From contig CAZBTH010000006.1 of NCBI GenBank assembly GCA_964494885.1, positions 1 to 55,933 on the forward strand: a stretch of 55,933 bases of DNA, given 5' to 3'. The position numbers and the translations under genes are program-made. The notes below the pieces were generated by a model. That model saw only the letters and a program-made list of their open reading frames with translations. It did not search any database and was not told where the DNA came from. The stretch is from an uncultured Gammaproteobacteria bacterium. GTDB taxonomy: Bacteria > Patescibacteriota > Microgenomatia > UBA8517. Positions within the stretch are counted from its first letter, which is position 1, and the number at the start of each line of letters is the position of its first letter. This document shows, one piece after another, positions 54,958 through 55,933 of the stretch.

Positions 54958-55662
54958 ATGAACATTTTGAATTTCGTTTTCTACCCTGTTTTGGTAATCC
55001 TGTTCAGCCTGGCCGCGGCGTTTTCGTTTCTGAGCAAGAACAACAAAGACGCTCTGCTTTCGTCCAATCGTGACGGTCGCGATCTTCTGGTAATTGGCCT
55101 CGGGCTTGCGCTCTTGGGCGTGCTTGTCTCATTCCTGGACTACACTGCGGCACGTATGCTCGTAGGTATTGGTTTTACCTTTGTCGCCTTCGGAACCGTC
55201 ATCCTGGTTGACGACTATTACACCGATCGGTTATTCCAACCAGTTTTTGGTGTTGTGTATACCGTTTTGGCGTTTCTGGTCTACCGCGCAGGTTCTCTGG
55301 GCACTCAGGTTTACAATCCTCACGCGCTTGTTACCCTCGCTGTTCCCGTTGCCATGGCCACCCTGTTGGCGACCCTCTCGGCTCTCGCATTTGCGTCGGC
55401 TGATTTCAAGGATCGTCTCGATCAGCAAAATGGCGGATGGCTTTTCATCGTCCTGGGTTTGGCGGCTGCGATACTTTCGCCCTTTACTAATAACCCGGCT
55501 CTGATCATTGCCACAGCCAGTATCGGCGGCCTACTCTTTACTTTGGGCCTCTTGATCGCGGTTGACCAGAAGGATGCTCTCGGCGCTTTGAACAAGGCAA
55601 AGATGCCTGTATACGTGCTGATTGCAGTGCTTTTGCTCGTAGGCGCTCGCCTGTTTTTCTAG
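54958..55662 (+). CDS. polytopic membrane protein
   Basis: About 8 TM helices with internal repetition; SD ggag. Confidence 0.8.
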   Translation: MNILNFVFYPVLVILFSLAAAFSFLSKNNKDALLSSNRDGRDLLVIGLGLALLGVLVSFLDYTAARMLVGIGFTFVAFGTVILVDDYYTDRLFQPVFGVVYTVLAFLVYRAGSLGTQVYNPHALVTLAVPVAMATLLATLSALAFASADFKDRLDQQNGGWLFIVLGLAAAILSPFTNNPALIIATASIGGLLFTLGLLIAVDQKDALGALNKAKMPVYVLIAVLLLVGARLFF

Positions 55663-55700
55663 GCTCTGGCCAAATATTCTTGAAGTTAGGTTCTAAAATA

Positions 55701-55754
55701 GGGATCGGAAGGTCAAATGTTGGTTAACTCCAGCCTCTTTGATCTTCCGATCCC
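55701..55754 (+). other. long stable hairpin
   Basis: GGGATCGGAAGGTCAAA pairs with TTTGATCTTCCGATCCC; no U-tract. Confidence 0.8.
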
Positions 55755-55756
55755 TT

Positions 55757-55808
55757 GCAATCTGCAAATAAATTTTTGCACTGATGAGTCCAATAAGGAC
55801 GAAATTGC
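55757..55808 (+). ncRNA. type III hammerhead ribozyme
   Basis: Stem III GCAAT/ATTGC, AUC cleavage site (after 55762), stem I TGCAAA/TTTGCA, CUGAUGA core, stem II GTCC-AATAA-GGAC, GAAA. Confidence 0.9.
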
Positions 55809-55814
55809 TCCAAT

Positions 55815-55853
55815 AAAAAATCCCCGTTGTGGTTTTTGACCGACGAACGGGGA
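55815..55853 (-). terminator. terminator-like hairpin (U-tract on the minus strand)
   Basis: AAAAAA-TCCCCGTT...AACGGGGA. Confidence 0.5.
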
Positions 55854-55878
55854 CTGCTACACTTACAATTATTACTCT

Positions 55879-55933
55879 CTTTCCTGACTTTCCCTTTTTA
55901 GTATGCTAATTATGGATAAAGGTTTTTAAGATC
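55879..55933. repeat. 55-bp inverted copy of 1..55
   Basis: Exact reverse complement of the window start. Confidence 0.9.

Noticed and set aside
443-55504. Numerous 60-170 aa ORFs antisense to or nested in long genes (for example 2198..2629, 13301..13690, 28403..28909, 54309..54749)
   Set aside because: They are shadows of well-supported genes, with no motifs or initiation signals
1-55933. Whole window as a linear plasmid or phage with terminal inverted repeats
   Set aside because: It carries secA, lysS, greA, tgt and a tRNA but no replication or virion genes; an exact 55-bp match fits an assembly break at a repeat

Overview
Chromosomal segment of a low-GC bacterium. It is most likely a CPR/Patescibacteria (Microgenomates-like) organism, inferred from a class I LysRS, many apparently leaderless genes, in-frame palindromic insertions and many orphan ORFs. 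Housekeeping genes (greA, lysS, dcd, rarA, secA, FKBP, tgt, tRNA-Glu) alternate with accessory blocks. Main observations: (1) A probable NrtR regulon. The same TAGTTAGTGT-N7-ACA operator lies upstream of a nadC-nadA-nadB-PLP enzyme-radical SAM operon, of nrtR, and of a vWA / SAM-like / divergent adenylosuccinate-synthetase operon; a NUDIX-HD-like-methyltransferase fusion is transcribed divergently from nadC. (2) Two type III hammerhead ribozymes, each directly behind a strong hairpin at the 3' end of a GC-rich, SD-led gene block; one abuts the start codon of the PurA paralog. (3) An array of accessory genes downstream of secA, separated by four degenerate copies of the secA 3' end (xKxCHYP), suggesting repeated integration at that site. 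(4) A 55-bp inverted repeat at the two window ends, three homopolymer frameshifts, and a tail-to-tail deletion fusion. All assignments come from reading motifs by eye; no database searches were run.
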